A stretch of 63,568 bases of DNA, the filler included, from Hausera hauseri (Eukaryota), in NCBI GenBank assembly GCA_046269625.1. It is 10 parts of 10 records of this genome, joined end to end, with 100 filler letters (N's around TTAATTAATTAA, not from the genome) between each part and the next. Parts side by side here need not be neighbours in the genome. Positions count along the whole stretch, not along the records: positions 10,977 to 26,976 come from JBJURY010344378.1; 9 more parts are not named here. One strand, given 5' to 3'. Both the position numbers and the translations under genes were made by a program. This document shows, piece after piece, positions 11,320 through 25,129 of this stretch (its first letter is position 1; every line of letters starts with the position of its first letter). Below the pieces are notes generated by a model. That model ran no database searches. It was not told the origin of the DNA and saw only the letters and a list, made by a program, of their open reading frames with translations.

Positions 11320-14010
11320 GGCGCTGTTTCGCCATTTTAAACGTTCGGGCGCAGGAACGTTCCAAAATACAGACCACGAGTTACTTGCTACGATTTCTGA
11401 CGCTTGTTGTTCATTTATCAAAGGTAAGATGTGTTGTTTGCGACGGGTGTAACCTGTTTTTGTGTCCTGTACGATAAGTAAACAGTATGGCTTGCATTTT
11501 GAGGGGTAACGTTAGCAGCTTGTACTGAAATGACGCGTCCAATAACAAACGAACACGATCGCGTTTATATTTGCTTTTATATGTGTGTCATATTCATCTT
11601 GACCCACGTTTAATATTTCAGTCAGACACAGCAGGCTGTTGTATGTTGTAATTCATTCGACTTGTGGTTAAAAGACGTGATTAATAATGAACCCACGTGG
11701 TCATTACTATTATTACTGTTTACAAGGTTCTACCTTTCATGCTACGTTTAATTAACTAGTCTGCTTTAAATAATGTTTTGTGTGGATGTTGTTAACGTGA
11801 TAGATTTGTAGATTTGTGGTTAAAATACCTTAAAATAATGAATGGACTGTCATTTTTGGTAAAAATTTGGGTTTGACCACAAACTGTTTCCTATGTAATC
11901 TAGCAGGACACACAACAGCTGTGCTCAAGGAATGTACAAGCTGCATCAATACCTGCAGAAGAGGTGGCAGTATGCATCTGCTCCCAGGCTTACTGCTGAG
12001 CATGCCCAGAAGGCCCCAGCTGAACCTGTGGGTAAGTTATTTTATTTATATTCAAATGTTTCTGTATGTTTACCATTTCTGTATGAAATGTTTTTTTCTA
12101 TATTTTATCTGTGTACATGTTTAATGCTTGCAATTCATCTTAAATTGAACAAACTGATTCTTATTGTTTTCAACTGTTGTCTGCGCCACAGCGATGAGGA
12201 TGGGATGGACGAGGATGAAGAACTGGGGAGAGTGATGTTGAGCATCTCACCTTCTAAACTTTAAGAGTGGAGCTGTTAGTACACTTATCACACACTATAA
12301 TGTCAGAATTCATGGATTCATTCAGTGTCTGTGTGTTGGCAGTTACTGTGGCAATATTTGCTGCCTCACCAAGAGTGTCACCGGGATCAAAAACAGGTTT
12401 TTGAAATTAAAGTTTTTTTTATTAGGACTGGAGCACCTTTGTTTTACATGAATAATTGTTGTCCATTACTGAACCTTGCCTTAACTGTTCTTTTATTTGT
12501 GTTCCAGCCATGTTTCTCTAATGAAATGGATGTGTTTTGCCGTTACAATAATTCTCCAAAGGACTATGATTTGATTCCTGCCATGATGAGCTGATTCGGA
12601 CATCGGTGAGGTAAGTTTGCATTTTTGTTCTATATTTGTGCTGTGTTGAAAGCAAATGAAGCAGCATTGGGTACTTACATTTACATGCATGCTTGTCCAT
12701 ATTGCTCTTCCTCCTCAGACTAACGAGTAGAGTGGGCATAATTCTGAACTAAAGAAAGGGGTACAGTGACCGAAATGGAGTCGAATAACAATTTGTTTTA
12801 ACAGAACATTACTTGCTCATGTTCATACATTAGCTGGTTGCACACAAATTTAATAACCACATGAATGTATCAAGTTTCTATTTATTGTGTACGCATGAAT
12901 CTTGAAACATTCATAATGCATTCTTTGGGTTACGTTAACATTGGTATAATCATTATCTTTGTATCAAATACATTAAAATCTGTAGTGATTAGGATCATGA
13001 GGTTGCTTAATGGGCTTGTGGGAATTAGACATTTTACATTTGCAAAACTATAGGAAACTTGAGAAGGAAGAGTATGGTGGTTTGAGTTCCTACTGACACC
13101 GACAACGTGCATACGCTGTGAATTCTGATATGACGATGATTTTAGTCTGTTGTAGTTCCGTCTGCGGCGCTGTCCAAACCTCCTCCTGATGCACAGACTC
13201 AATTGCATTCATCACGAGTTGATGGTATAAAATACACACAGAGAAGTGATGTTATTGTAATCGACTGTTGTGTTCGATTCAAAGATTAACTGGTTCATTT
13301 ACTGTCCTGGATGTGGTTCCAGCCACACCATGTGTGAAGAGGAGGACGCCTCTGCCCATTCCACCAGGCTTAAGGCAACTCCAGGTATGTTTCTATCTAG
13401 GTGTAGGGCCGAAGTTTAATTTGACATAAGCTTCGTCATAATGTCTGGACAAATGTGCAACAGAACGACTTCACTCCTTGGGACCCAGCATTAGTTCTGT
13501 TTGCACCCCTGTATGCAAGGTGCTTACTTTTGAGAAGATAATTTAATATTAGTATAAGACTGACAATCTTTCCATTTTGCAAACTCCTGACACTAAGATT
13601 TTCCCATAATTCTGCTTTTATTGTTGTTTTCTAAGTAATGTATTTCCATGTAAACTATGCAAGCTATAATGATTATGAAGGTAGTAACAACATTTTTCTA
13701 TCCGCCTTCCTTTTTATAATCTAGCTCCCTCCGCTCCAACTCCGCTGCCTGGCCATGACCATGACAAGCTGTGGACAAAGACCGAGCTTCAGGATCTCGG
13801 ACTGTGGCCTGGGTTTCGCCCAGTGCGAAACATAAGAAACACCATTTCATTGTGGCGTCTTCCTCCAAAACTCAAGCTGATCAAAATGTTTTATTGTTTG
13901 TTTACTAATTCAGTCCTCCCTTTTTCATAGTGTTTTTATTTATTAATGTATAACTTGTGTGTAACAAGTAGCTTGTTGCAACTGACAATATATCAATAAA
14001 TAAAATAAAA
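11320..14010 (+). other. Possible small multi-exon transcription unit (short protein or lncRNA)
   Basis: CpG-rich start with GCCATTTT (~11330). Donors aaaggtaag (~11423), gtgggtaag (12032), gaggtaag (~12611) and ccaggtatg (13385). Acceptors ccacag (~12191), ttccag (~12507, ~13322) and tctag (~13724). AATAAA cluster at ~13996-14009. No recognisable protein. Confidence 0.35.
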
Positions 14011-14190
14011 CTACTATGAATATTATTTGTTGGCCTTTTCCTTATCAATCATAAATTATACATATGTTTACAGTCACATTTAAGACATGTACTAAATTGT
14101 AATGTTATTTCAAATTTGACTACACACGTTTCATGAATACACACACACGTTTATATTGATCTTATAAACCCATTACTTAAAATCTACGAT

Positions 14191-14336
14191 TCACCTCACC
14201 TGCATGTTTTTGGGCTGTGGGAGGAAACCAGAGTGCCTGGAGTACAACCACACAAACATGGGGAGAACATGCAAACAGACCTGGACCGCCCCATCTGGGG
14301 ATTGAACCTGGGTCTTTCTGGTTATGAGGTGACTGT
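14191..14336 (-). mobile_element. Decayed V-SINE fragment (teleost tRNA-derived SINE)
   Basis: Reverse complement reads ...tttgcatgttctccccatgtttgtgtgg...actctggtttcctcccacagcccaaaaacatgcagg, the same V-domain core as the SINE at 25130. Confidence 0.75.
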
Positions 14337-14644
14337 CATCTCCAACGAAATAATGGACGGTTTTCAGCACCGCGGACAGAAAACTATGAAAATAAAGAAA
14401 AGCAATCTCATTGGCTGTCACTCTTACACCTATTCGCAACTGGCCTGCGTGGCGAGCACTCTACTATTTGAGCTAATTCCCCATTGCCTTAGATTTACTG
14501 CAACCCTTGAGAATTTCAATGTATTGATGGCGAGTTGTCGCTCCCTTGGGTTGCAATGTGTTTTAGCTCGCATTCTATTAACTGTATACAAATGTGGTAG
14601 CCCTCCAGCAGTGAAACGTCAAAAAATATAATATTATAGTTTTA

Positions 14645-16966
14645 CAATAAAATCTGGGAGGAGGGAGAGCTCCCACAGAGCTGGAAGGAGGCTGTCATTA
14701 TACCAATAGCCAAACCGGGAAAAGACAACACAAAAGCGGAAAATTATAGACCAATTGCATTAACTTCAAATGTGTGTAAAATAATGGAAAAAATGATTAA
14801 TAATAGATTAACATATTATTTAAACATCAAAGGGTATGTATCAAAATATCAGAGTGGATTTCGAAAAGGGAGGAATACAAATGATCCAACAATTTGTTTA
14901 GAACATGATATCAGGAGAGCACAAGTAATCAAAGAAAGTGTAGTTGCTGTATTTTTTGATATTGAGAAGGCGTATGACATGATGTGGATAGAAGGATTAT
15001 TAATTAAATTAGGACAAATGGGAATTAATGGGAAAATGTTCAACTGGGTTAGAATATAAGTTAGAATTGGGCAAGAATTATCAAAAAAAATTAGCTGTAG
15101 AAAATCGTACACCACAAGGCAGCATTTTAAGTCCATTATTGTTTTCAATAATGATAAATGACATATTTACAGACAGAAGGAAATGGGATGTTCACTGTTT
15201 GCGGATGATGGAGCCATATGGAAAAGAGGTCGAAATACAGAATATGTTGTAAAGAAAATACAAAATGCAATAGTCAGAATAGAAGAATGGGCATTCCAGT
15301 GGGGATTTAAGTTTTCAGTAGAAAAAAAACAAAGGTTATGGTGTTTACACAGAAAAAAATAAGAGAGGAAATACAATTAAAATTATATAACCAAGATTTA
15401 GAGCAAGTTAAAAGTCAAAAGTTTTTAGGAATATGGTTTCATGAAAAAGTCATATGGAACATACATATAGAGAAAATTATTGATAAATGTAAGAAAATAT
15501 TGAACATTATGAGATGGCTGGCAGTGACTGGGGAGCAGATAGAGGAGCTTTAAAGCAAATATACACAGGATTAAGCGGGTCAAATATTGATTATGGAAGC
15601 ACAATTTATGGATCAGCAGCAAAAACACACCTTGAAAAATTAGACACAATACAACATCAAGCAATTAGAATTTGCACAGGAGCACTAGAAGTTGAAATGG
15701 GAGAAATGCCGTTAGATTTAAGGAGAACATAATTAGCAGTACAGTACTGGATAAATTTACAAGGCAATAACCCGGATCACCCAACACTTGAAGTATTAAA
15801 ACCATACTGAGAAAAAGAAAGAAAAAAGTCAAAATCTACCTCAGTCAGTAATACCGCCCTGGATCTTACCAGAACCAACAGTAGACATGACAATAATGGA
15901 AAGGAAAAAGGACAAGACCTACACCATGAATTCACATACAGTACATACATATATAAACAATTATTATCAGTACATTCAAATTTACACAGATGCATCGAAA
16001 ACAAATGGAAAAATAGAAATAGCTTTTACAGTCCCGGAATTTCAAATAAAAATAGGAAAACAAATCAACAACAACTTATCAGTATACACAGGAGAAATTA
16101 TAGCAGTTTTATTAGCAGTACAGTGGGTGGAAGAAGTAAAACCATTAAAATCAATCATCTGTTCAGATTCAAGTTCCACATTACTGAGTTTAAAACACAA
16201 TCATTCAGACAGCAGACCACACATTTTATTAGAAATACTCCACACATTATTCAGGATACAAAGGATGGGATTAACAATAACATTTTTATGGATACCAGCA
16301 CACATCGGAGTAGACGGAAAAAAGGTGGCAGATAAGATAGCAAAGAAGGCAACACAAAATCATATCAACTTCACAGTACATACAAGCAAATCAGAGGCAA
16401 AAAGTATCATCAAACAAAAACTGAAGAAAGAATGGCAGAAAAGATGGGATGGAGAAAGTAAAGGGAGGTGGTTTTATAGGATCAAAAAGGAAGTAGGAGA
16501 AACAAGAACTGGAAGAAGAAGCAGAAAGGAGGATAGATTAATAACAAGATTAAGATTTGGACATACAGCACTCAATTATACACTTTTTCAAATACAGAAA
16601 CACAATACAGGAAAATGTGAGCACTGCGGAGAGGATGAAACAATACAACACGTTACACTAGAATGTCAGAAATATGAGAACGAACAAAGATATATGAAGA
16701 GAGAGTTTGAAAAGATAAAAGAAAAGTTTAACATAATAGATTCACTGAAACATAATTTAGGCAGCAAACATATACAAATTATAATTAGATATTTTAAGAA
16801 AACGAAACTGATTAATAGAATTTGATAAACGATACATATAGATTAGTAATACATACACATAGAATTATACCATGATGAACCATACTCCATACCAGTGGTG
16901 GCGGTAATGCACACCTACAGTTTTTTGCAAACCGCCAATAAAACCCAACCAGAAGAAGAAGAAGAA
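14645..16966 (+). mobile_element. 5'-truncated I-clade (I/Nimb-like) LINE: RT + RNase H + CCHC, frameshifted
   Basis: WKEAVIIPIAKPGKD..NYRPIALTS, YQSGFRKGR, VFFDIEKAYD, TPQGSILSPLLF, SLFADD. RNase H IYTDASK...ICSDSSS...WIPAHIGVDG..VADKIAK. RLRFGH..CEHCGEDETIQHV..EC. The 3' end has a ggcggtaatgca..ccgcc stem, AATAAA and a (GAA)n tail. Confidence 0.92.
15887..16825 (+). pseudogene. RNase H / zinc-knuckle portion of the LINE ORF2
   Basis: 312-aa ORF with RNase H catalytic motifs and a C-terminal CxxC..H..C. Confidence 0.88.
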
Positions 16967-18279
16967 TTTGCATACAGGAAGTGATGTCATTTCTTTTTCG
17001 GTTTTTAAAGTCTTCAGTTCACACACGTGGCTGGTTTGTTTTCCTGCTACAGCCCGGCTGGCCAGGCCGAAATATTACGTAAGTTACTTTTGTTCTATTA
17101 TAAACTTTTTAAATATGTGTTGTTTGATGAGCTATTTATGAATGTAATTGAAATTTAGTTCTAGTCATATAACAATTTTGTTGAGAATCAAATAGGACAA
17201 CTTGTTAAGTGTTTGTGCAAACTTGACCCTTGGCTTCTCTTCATTTATAATTATACTTTCAAGCAATTCTCCATGAAGTTAAACCTCCACAAAATATTTA
17301 TTATTTTAAATTGTTACCCATATCTGCTATGTACCTTGTTTGCTTACTACCTAAATAGCCTGTAGCAATCTGTACCCCCCAAGCTACAGTGGTGTTAAAA
17401 CTCATGTCCTAAATCCCACCACCATTTTTATACCTCCAAAGTTCCACCACAGGCGATCTTATTTGGACATTGCTTGAACCGACTGGTTATCATTGGCTGT
17501 ATTCTATGGCCCCTTGTTCCACATTATAAGGCATCCTGTAGGTACAACTGCTCCAAGCTAAAAATTTACTAATATGTGATAATGTGTTCTTCTCACACAT
17601 GCACATATGTTGTATATGAGATCTAGCATATCTGACACATCTTAGTGGTTTACTATTATTCCAAATGTATGCCCTTTTATTAACCTAATGTTTAATTATA
17701 AAGACTCCTCACTAAGCCCATAGCTTAGCTTTGGTTTCATGAAAAAATGTAACTTTTAATAAACATGCTTGGTTTCTCCAGAAATATGAGCTGGTCACAT
17801 TTTTTAGTTGTTTTAAGTAACTTTTCAAGTGAAACATTAAGTTTAATATTTTTGTAAAAAAGAAGCTTTTATTAAAGAAATGCATAAATGTAGAAACATA
17901 TTTTGGCTGTAGCCTGGTAACAGTTTTGTTTTTATTTAATTAGTATGTTATGTTTGTGCAAACTTGATTATTCTTGGCTATTTTATTGTATGAATGTTAG
18001 CTTTCTGGTTACCTTCAAATGTAATAGAATTTCATATATTTAGGGTTAGTTTGACCCCAGCATATTAAACCTCTTAAATTATCATTAAAATTGTTACAGT
18101 TTGTCACAGTTTTTAGATGTTGATTACTTAAATGTCCAGAAAATACAAGCCTACCAACTCCCTTGTACTCCAAACATAACTTTAGCTACAACCCTAACCC
18201 CAGGTTCAGCCCTGATCCTTGCTGGGAACTGAACATTTGCTCAAAATCTATCTCTCCCCTTTAACCCTAACTTGTTGCA

Positions 18280-21200
18280 TGGGTGAGTTGCCTTATATTT
18301 TGTGAAGGTGAATTTTATTTGTAAAGTATTTTATAGTTGACATTGTTTTATAGCAGCTTTACAGAATCCAGCTTACCTTTACAAGAGGGTTAACACTTTT
18401 CTTGTTGGGGTCGATATGACACCAGTAATTTAAGCCTAACTCTAGTTCCAACACTAATATTAGTTTTTATCATATTCACAGTGCCTATCAGGAAGTCAGG
18501 ATGTGGCGTTCTCCAACTACTGCCTGATCTAACTCCTCTTCCATGCTGATAAAGATCTTTGCTTGAGCTATCTACATCCGGCTCTGAAGCATCGCCATCC
18601 ATGCTACCTGTCTTCTGGAGAAACACTGTGAGAAGGACTAGTTGATATACCTGGTTTTCTTTGACTTGAAGAAGGCCTTCAACAGGATGCTCCATGACCA
18701 GCCTTAACAAGGTTAGCTTTAATCGTAACATTAGCTTCAACACTAACATAAACTCATGGCTGAAATGCCTAATCATATTAAGGCCAAAAGGTATAGAACA
18801 TAGTATTTATGAAATCTGCCTATGCTCTCATATGAGGGTAAGCTGTGGTTTTCAATGTTCTGTTTCTGTATTGTGTGATTTATCAATGTTGTATTTCTAT
18901 ATTGTGACCCATCAATGTTTTATTGCTATATATATAAATGTTCTGTTGTCGACATACCATGTTGGGCAAAGAGGTCTCGATGGCCCTAACAGCCCTGCAA
19001 CTGAAACCCCAAGAACGCCGATCAAGAAGACGATCAAAGATGTGGTGATTGGACCGTATCAGTGNNNNNNNNNNNNNNNNNNNNNNNNNNNNNNNNNNNN
19101 NNNNNNNNNNNNNNNNNNNNNNNNNNNNNNNNNNNNNNNNNNNNNNNNNNNNNNNNNNNNNNNNGAGCCAGTAGTTCAGGTGGGAACACTTTCCCTTTTT
19201 GGAGTATGGTGAGTGGAGGAGGAGAAACTCACACAGCACCAAGAGAAATGGTGTAGAAGGCTGCAGTGCAAACCTTCTATATGTTCTATTTCTCTATTGT
19301 GTGACCTATACATGTTCTGTTTATATACTATGTACCTTATCAATGTTCTTTTTCTCTATTGTGTGACATCAATGTTTTTTTATTTACTGTGTGACCCATG
19401 AATGTTCTATTTCTATATTGTATTGTTCATATTTACAGGATATGATGGAAAAACAAATCAACGCAGATGGCTTGTGCTACTTTCTTCTCATCAGTTTTCA
19501 AACTGCTAAACACGCACACACATATATTTTACCTTCTAAATCTTTGTTTCTTTATTGTGTGACCTATGAAATGTTATATTTCTATATTGTGTCTTATCAA
19601 TGTTTTCACAGGAACCATATTTTCATGCTTTACAGCATGAGAAATATCAACGTTTTTGCAAGAATTATGATTTCCTTCACATTCACAGCATATTCTGGAA
19701 AAACAAATTAACGCATATGGCATATGCAAGTGAGGCTATATGGATTTCGACATGCCATGTGGTGCAAAGAGGTCCCGATGGCCCCAACAGCCCTGCAACT
19801 GAAACCCCAAGAACGCCGATCAAGAAGACGATCAAAGATGTGGTGATTGGACCGTATCAGTGCAGATATGTAGATTCTGAATACTGTCTCGAAGAACACC
19901 TTAAACTGTGCCACCTGAAGACCGTGTACAAGAGCCTTCTTCGCAATGTGGGATTAACGTCAGATCAGAGATTTCTCCAAACCAACCCTAGCTCCAACCC
20001 TAGCTCCAACCCTAGGGATAGGTTTGAAGATCTCTCTGATCTGGCGTTCGTCCCACAATGTGAGGTCCGCTCTTGTGCACGGTCTTTGTTTGGTATGGTG
20101 CAGGGTGTCTTCGGCGGCTGTGTTTATGATCTTCATGTCTGTGTTGATTTACGGTCCACGACTGGAGGAATATGAAGATCACCATAAAGTCATCTTCCAA
20201 TGATGGTGTTATGAAGAGCTGAAATGGCGACTTTTGTTTCTTGGACATGACTTTACAGCGTAACTGGTGGGCCCTGGAGCCAGTAGTTCAGGTGGGAACA
20301 CTTTCCCTTTTTGGAGTATGGTGAGTGGAGGAGGAGAAACTCACACAGCACCAGGAGAAATGGTTTAGAAGGCTGCAGTGCAAACCTTATATATGTTCTA
20401 TTTCTCTATTGTGTGACCTATACATGTTCTATTTATATACTATGTACCTTATCAATGTTCTAATTATCTATTGTGTGACTTCTCAATGTTCTATTTATAT
20501 ACTATGTACCTTATCAATGTTCTATTCATGTACTGTTTGACTTATCAATGTTTTCACAGGAACCATGTCTTCCTGCTTTACAGCATGATAAATATCTTTG
20601 TTTTTGCAAGAATTATGAATTCCTTCATATTTACAGGATATGATTGTAGCACAAGCCATCCGTGTTGGTTTGTTTTTCCTTCTCATCAGTTTTCAAACCG
20701 CTAAACATGCGCACACACACACACATCTTTGAGAATTTCTTTTTCCTACAGTAGCATTCTATTTCAAGAGTGCTCACACGTTCGTGTCTTGATATTTACT
20801 CTGTCATTTTCAACTGATGGTGTTATGAAGCGCTCAAATGGCGATTTTGTTTCTTGTACATTAGATATATCAATGTTTTAGCATGAATGAGTTGCCTCAT
20901 ATTTTGTAAAGGTGAATTTTATTTGTAAAGAATTTTTACAGTGAACATTGTTTTATAGCAGCTTTACAGAATCCAGCTTACCTTTACAAGAGGGTTAAAA
21001 CTCTTTTCTTGTTGGGGTCGATTTGACACCAGTAATTTAAGCCTAACTAGTTCCAACACTAATATTTGCTTTCATCCTATTCACAGTGCCTATCAGGAAG
21101 TAACAATGTGACGTTCTCCAACTACTACCTGATCCAACTCCTCTGCCATGCTGTTAAAGATCTTTGCTTGGGCTATTTACATCGGGCTCTGAAGCATCGC

Positions 21201-24200
21201 CATCCATGCTACCTGTCTTGTGGAGAAACACTGTCAGAAGGACTAGTTGATACACCTGGTGTTCTTTGACTTGAAGACGGCCTTCAACAGGATGCTCCAT
21301 GACCAACCTTAACAAGGTTAGCATTAACCGTAACATTAGCTTCAACACTAACATATACTCATGGCTGAGGTGTCTCCAAATCACGGGGTGCTCTGTGATT
21401 GCCAAATGCCTAATCAAATTAAAGCCCAAAGGTATAGAACATAATATTTATAAAATCTGCCTATGCTCTCATTTGAGGGTAAGCTGTGATTTTCAATGTT
21501 CTGTTTCTGCATTGTGTGATTTATCAATGTTGTATTTCTATATTGTGCCTCATCCATGTTCTTTTTTTATATTGTTTGACCTATATATATTTTTTATATA
21601 CTGTGTAACCTTTCAATGTTTTATTTCTATATTGTGACCAATCAATGTTTTTTTTCTATATTGTGACTCATAATTTTTTTTTTTATATTGTTTGATCTAG
21701 AATTTTTTTCTATATTGTGTGACCTTTCAATGTTCTGTTTCTATATTGTTTGATCTATCAATGTTTTATTTCTATATTTTGACTCATCAATGTTTTTTTT
21801 TTATATTGTTTGACCTAGAATTTGTTTCTATATTGTGTGACCTTTCAATGTTTTATTTCTATATTGTGACTCATTATTATTTTTTTTATATTGTTTGACC
21901 TAGAATTTGTTTCTATATTGTGTGACCTTTCAATGTTTTATTTCTATATTGTGTGACCTTTCAATGTTTTGTTTCTATATTGTGTGACCTTTCAATGTTC
22001 TGTTTCTATATTGTGTGACTTATAAATGTTCTGTTGTCGACATGCCATGTTGGGCAAAGAGGTCTCGATGGCCCTAACAGCCCTGCAACTGAATCCCCAA
22101 GACAGCTGAGCAAGAGGACAATCAAGGATGTGCCGACTGAAAGCCATGTACAAGACCCGATTTAGAATTGTGAGATTAACTCCAGATTAGAGAGTTCTTC
22201 AAGCATGTCCCTAGGGTTGGAGCTACGGTTGGAGCTAGGGTTTGTTTGAAGGTCTCTCTGACTTGTTGTTAGTCCCACAATGTGAGGTCAGCTCTTTTTT
22301 GTACATTTTTAGTTTTTTTTGTATATTGTGATCTATCAATGTTTTATTTCTATATTGTGACTCATCAATGTTTTTTTATATTGTTTGATCTAGAATTTTT
22401 TTTTTAATATTGTGACCTTTCAATGTTCTGTTTCTATATTGTGTGATCTATCAATGTTGTATTTCTATATTGTGACCTGTCATTGTTTTATTTCAATATT
22501 GTGACTCATCAATGTTCTTTTTGTATATTGTTTGACCTAGAATTTTTTTTCTATATTGTGACTCTTCAATGTTGTATTTCTATATTGTGACTCATTACTT
22601 TTTTTTTATATTGTTTGATCTATATATTTTTTATATTTTGTGTGACCTTTCAATGTTCTGTTTCTATATTGTGACCGGTCATTGTTTTATTTCTATATTG
22701 TGACTCAATGTTATGTTTCTATATTGTGACCTTTCAATGTTTTATGTCTATATTGTGAGTCATCAATGTTCTTTTTCTATATTGTGATCTATCAATGTTG
22801 TATTTCTATATTGTGACTCATTAATGTTTTTTTATATTGTTTGACCTAGAATTTGTTTCTATATTGTGTGACATTTCAATGTTTTATTTCTATATTGTGT
22901 GACCTTTCAATGTTCTGTTTCTATATTGTGTGACTTATAAATGTTCTGTTGTCGACATGCCATGTTGGGCAAAGAGGTCTCGATGGCCCTAACAGCCCTG
23001 CAACTGAATCCCCAAGACAGCTGAGCAAGAGGACAATCAAGGATGTGCCGACTGAAAGCCATGTACAAGACCCGATTTAGAATTGTGAGATTAACTCCAG
23101 ATTAGAGAGTTCTTCAAGCATGTCCCTAGGGTTGGAGCTACGGTTGGAGCTAGGGTTTGTTTGAAGGTCTCTCTGACTTGTTGTTAGTCCCACAATGTGA
23201 GGTCAGCTCTTTTTTGTACATTTTTACTTTTCTTTGTATATTGTGACCTATCAATGTTTTATTTCTATATTGTGACTCATCAATGTTCTGTTTCTATATT
23301 GTGTTATCTATCAATGTTGTATTTCTTTATTGTGACCTGTCAATGTTTTATTTCTATATTGTGATCTATCAATGTTGTATTTCTATATTGTGACATTTCA
23401 ATGTTTTATTTCTATATTGTGTGATCTATCAATGATGTATTTCTATATTGTGACCGGACGTTGTTTTATTTCTATATTGTGACTCATCAATGTTCTGTTT
23501 CTATATTGTGTTATCTATCAATGTTCTGTTTTTATATTGTGTTTTCTATCAATGTTGTGTTTCTATATTGTGTTATCTATCAATGTTGTGTTTCTATATT
23601 GTGTTATCTATCAATGTTGTATTTCTATATTGTGATCTATCAATGTTGTAATTCTATATTGTGATCTTTCAATGTTCTGTTTCTATTTTGTGTGATCTAT
23701 CAATGTTGTATTTTTATATTGTGACCTGTCATTGTTTTATTTCTATATTGTGACTCATCAATGTTCTGTTTCTATATTGTTTGACTTAGAATTTTTAGGG
23801 TAGTGTTTGTTTGAAGGTCTCTTTGACCTGCTGTCAGTCCTACAATGTGACGTCAGCTCCTGTGCACGGTCTTTATTTGATATGGTTCAGGGTGTCTTTT
23901 GGGATATGCAGATCACTATACAATCATTTTTGATTGATAGTGTTATGAAGCGCTCAAATGGGGATTTTGTTTCTTGTACATGAGATATATCAATGTTTTA
24001 GCATGAATGATTTGCCTCATATTTTGTGAAGGTGAATTTTATTTGTAAAGTATTTTTACATTTGACATTGTTCTATAGCAGCTTTACAGAATCCAGCTTA
24101 CCTTTACAAGAGGGCTAAAACTCTTTTCTTGTTGGGGTCGATATGACCTCACTAATGAAAGCCTAACTCTAATTCCAACACTAATATTAGCTTTTTTACT

Positions 24201-24960
24201 ATTCACAGTGCCTATCAGGAAATCAGAATGTGACGTTCTCCAACTACTGCCAGATCCAACTCCTCTGCCATCCATGCAACCTGTCTTCTGGAGAAACACT
24301 GTGAGAAGAACTAGTTGATACACCTGGTTTTCTTTGACTTGAAGAAGGCCTTCAAGAGGATGCTCCATGACCAGCCACTAACATATACTCATGGCCAAAC
24401 GCCTAATCATATTCAGGCCCAAAGATATAGAACATAATATTTATAAAATATTACCTATGCTCTCATATGAGGGTAAGCTGTGGTTTTCAATGTTTAATTT
24501 ATGTATTGTGTGACTTATCAATGTTCTTTTTATATACTGTGTGTCTTATCAATGTTTTCACAGGAACCATATCTTCCTGCTTTACAGCATGAGAAAGATC
24601 AATGTTTTTGCAAGAATTATGATTTCCTTCACATTCACAGCATATTATGGAAAAACAAATTAACACATATGCAAGTGAGGCTATACCGATTTCACATGCC
24701 ATGTGGTGCAAAGAGGTCCTGATGGCCCTAACAGCCCTGCTACTGAAACCCCAAGAACGCCGATCAAGAAGACGATCAAATATGTGGTGATTGGACCGTA
24801 TCAGTGCAGATATGTAGATTCTGAACACGGTCTCAAAGAACACATTAAACTGTGCCAGCTGAAGACTGTGTACAAGAACATACTTCGCAATGTGGGATTA
24901 ACTTCAGATCAGAGATTTCTCCAAACCAACCCTAGGGATAGGTTTGAAGATCTTTGATAG
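18280..24960 (+). repeat. Composite macrosatellite / tandem segmental duplication, with a 100-N gap at 19065-19164
   Basis: Block A (gagttgcct.atattttgt...ctatgctctca) occurs at ~18285, ~20890 and ~24010. Block B (ggccctaacagccctgc.actga) occurs at ~18980, 19780, 22070, 22985 and 24723. Block A contains a decayed RTE RT fragment AIHATCLLEKHCEKD*LIYLVFFDLKKAFNRMLH. Confidence 0.85.
21490..23790 (+). repeat. Minisatellite, ~29-31-bp unit (tatcaatgttttatttctatattgtgacc)
   Basis: Dozens of degenerate head-to-tail copies, interrupted by two near-identical ~300-bp inserts at ~22020-22300 and ~22935-23220. Confidence 0.9.
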
Positions 24961-25129
24961 AGATATTTCTTCAAAAAAGGTGTTTAAATGAAACTTATTG
25001 AACATCCAACGTAGCACTATTAAAGGGATCTAAATTTTGACGGATTTGCAAGCGGTGAAGCCATGGAGAATACGGGCAGGCATCAGCTAAGTTTTAAAGG
25101 AAAATGGCTAGATCGTGAGGGTGCAAAGT

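Noticed and set aside
12570-12610. C/D snoRNA (ATGATGA...CTGA)
   Set aside because: The boxes are adjacent, with no guide region or terminal stem, and they lie in an exon-like block.
21490-23790. CRISPR-like ~30-bp repeats
   Set aside because: Units are contiguous and degenerate, with no unique spacers and no cas genes; this is a eukaryotic minisatellite.
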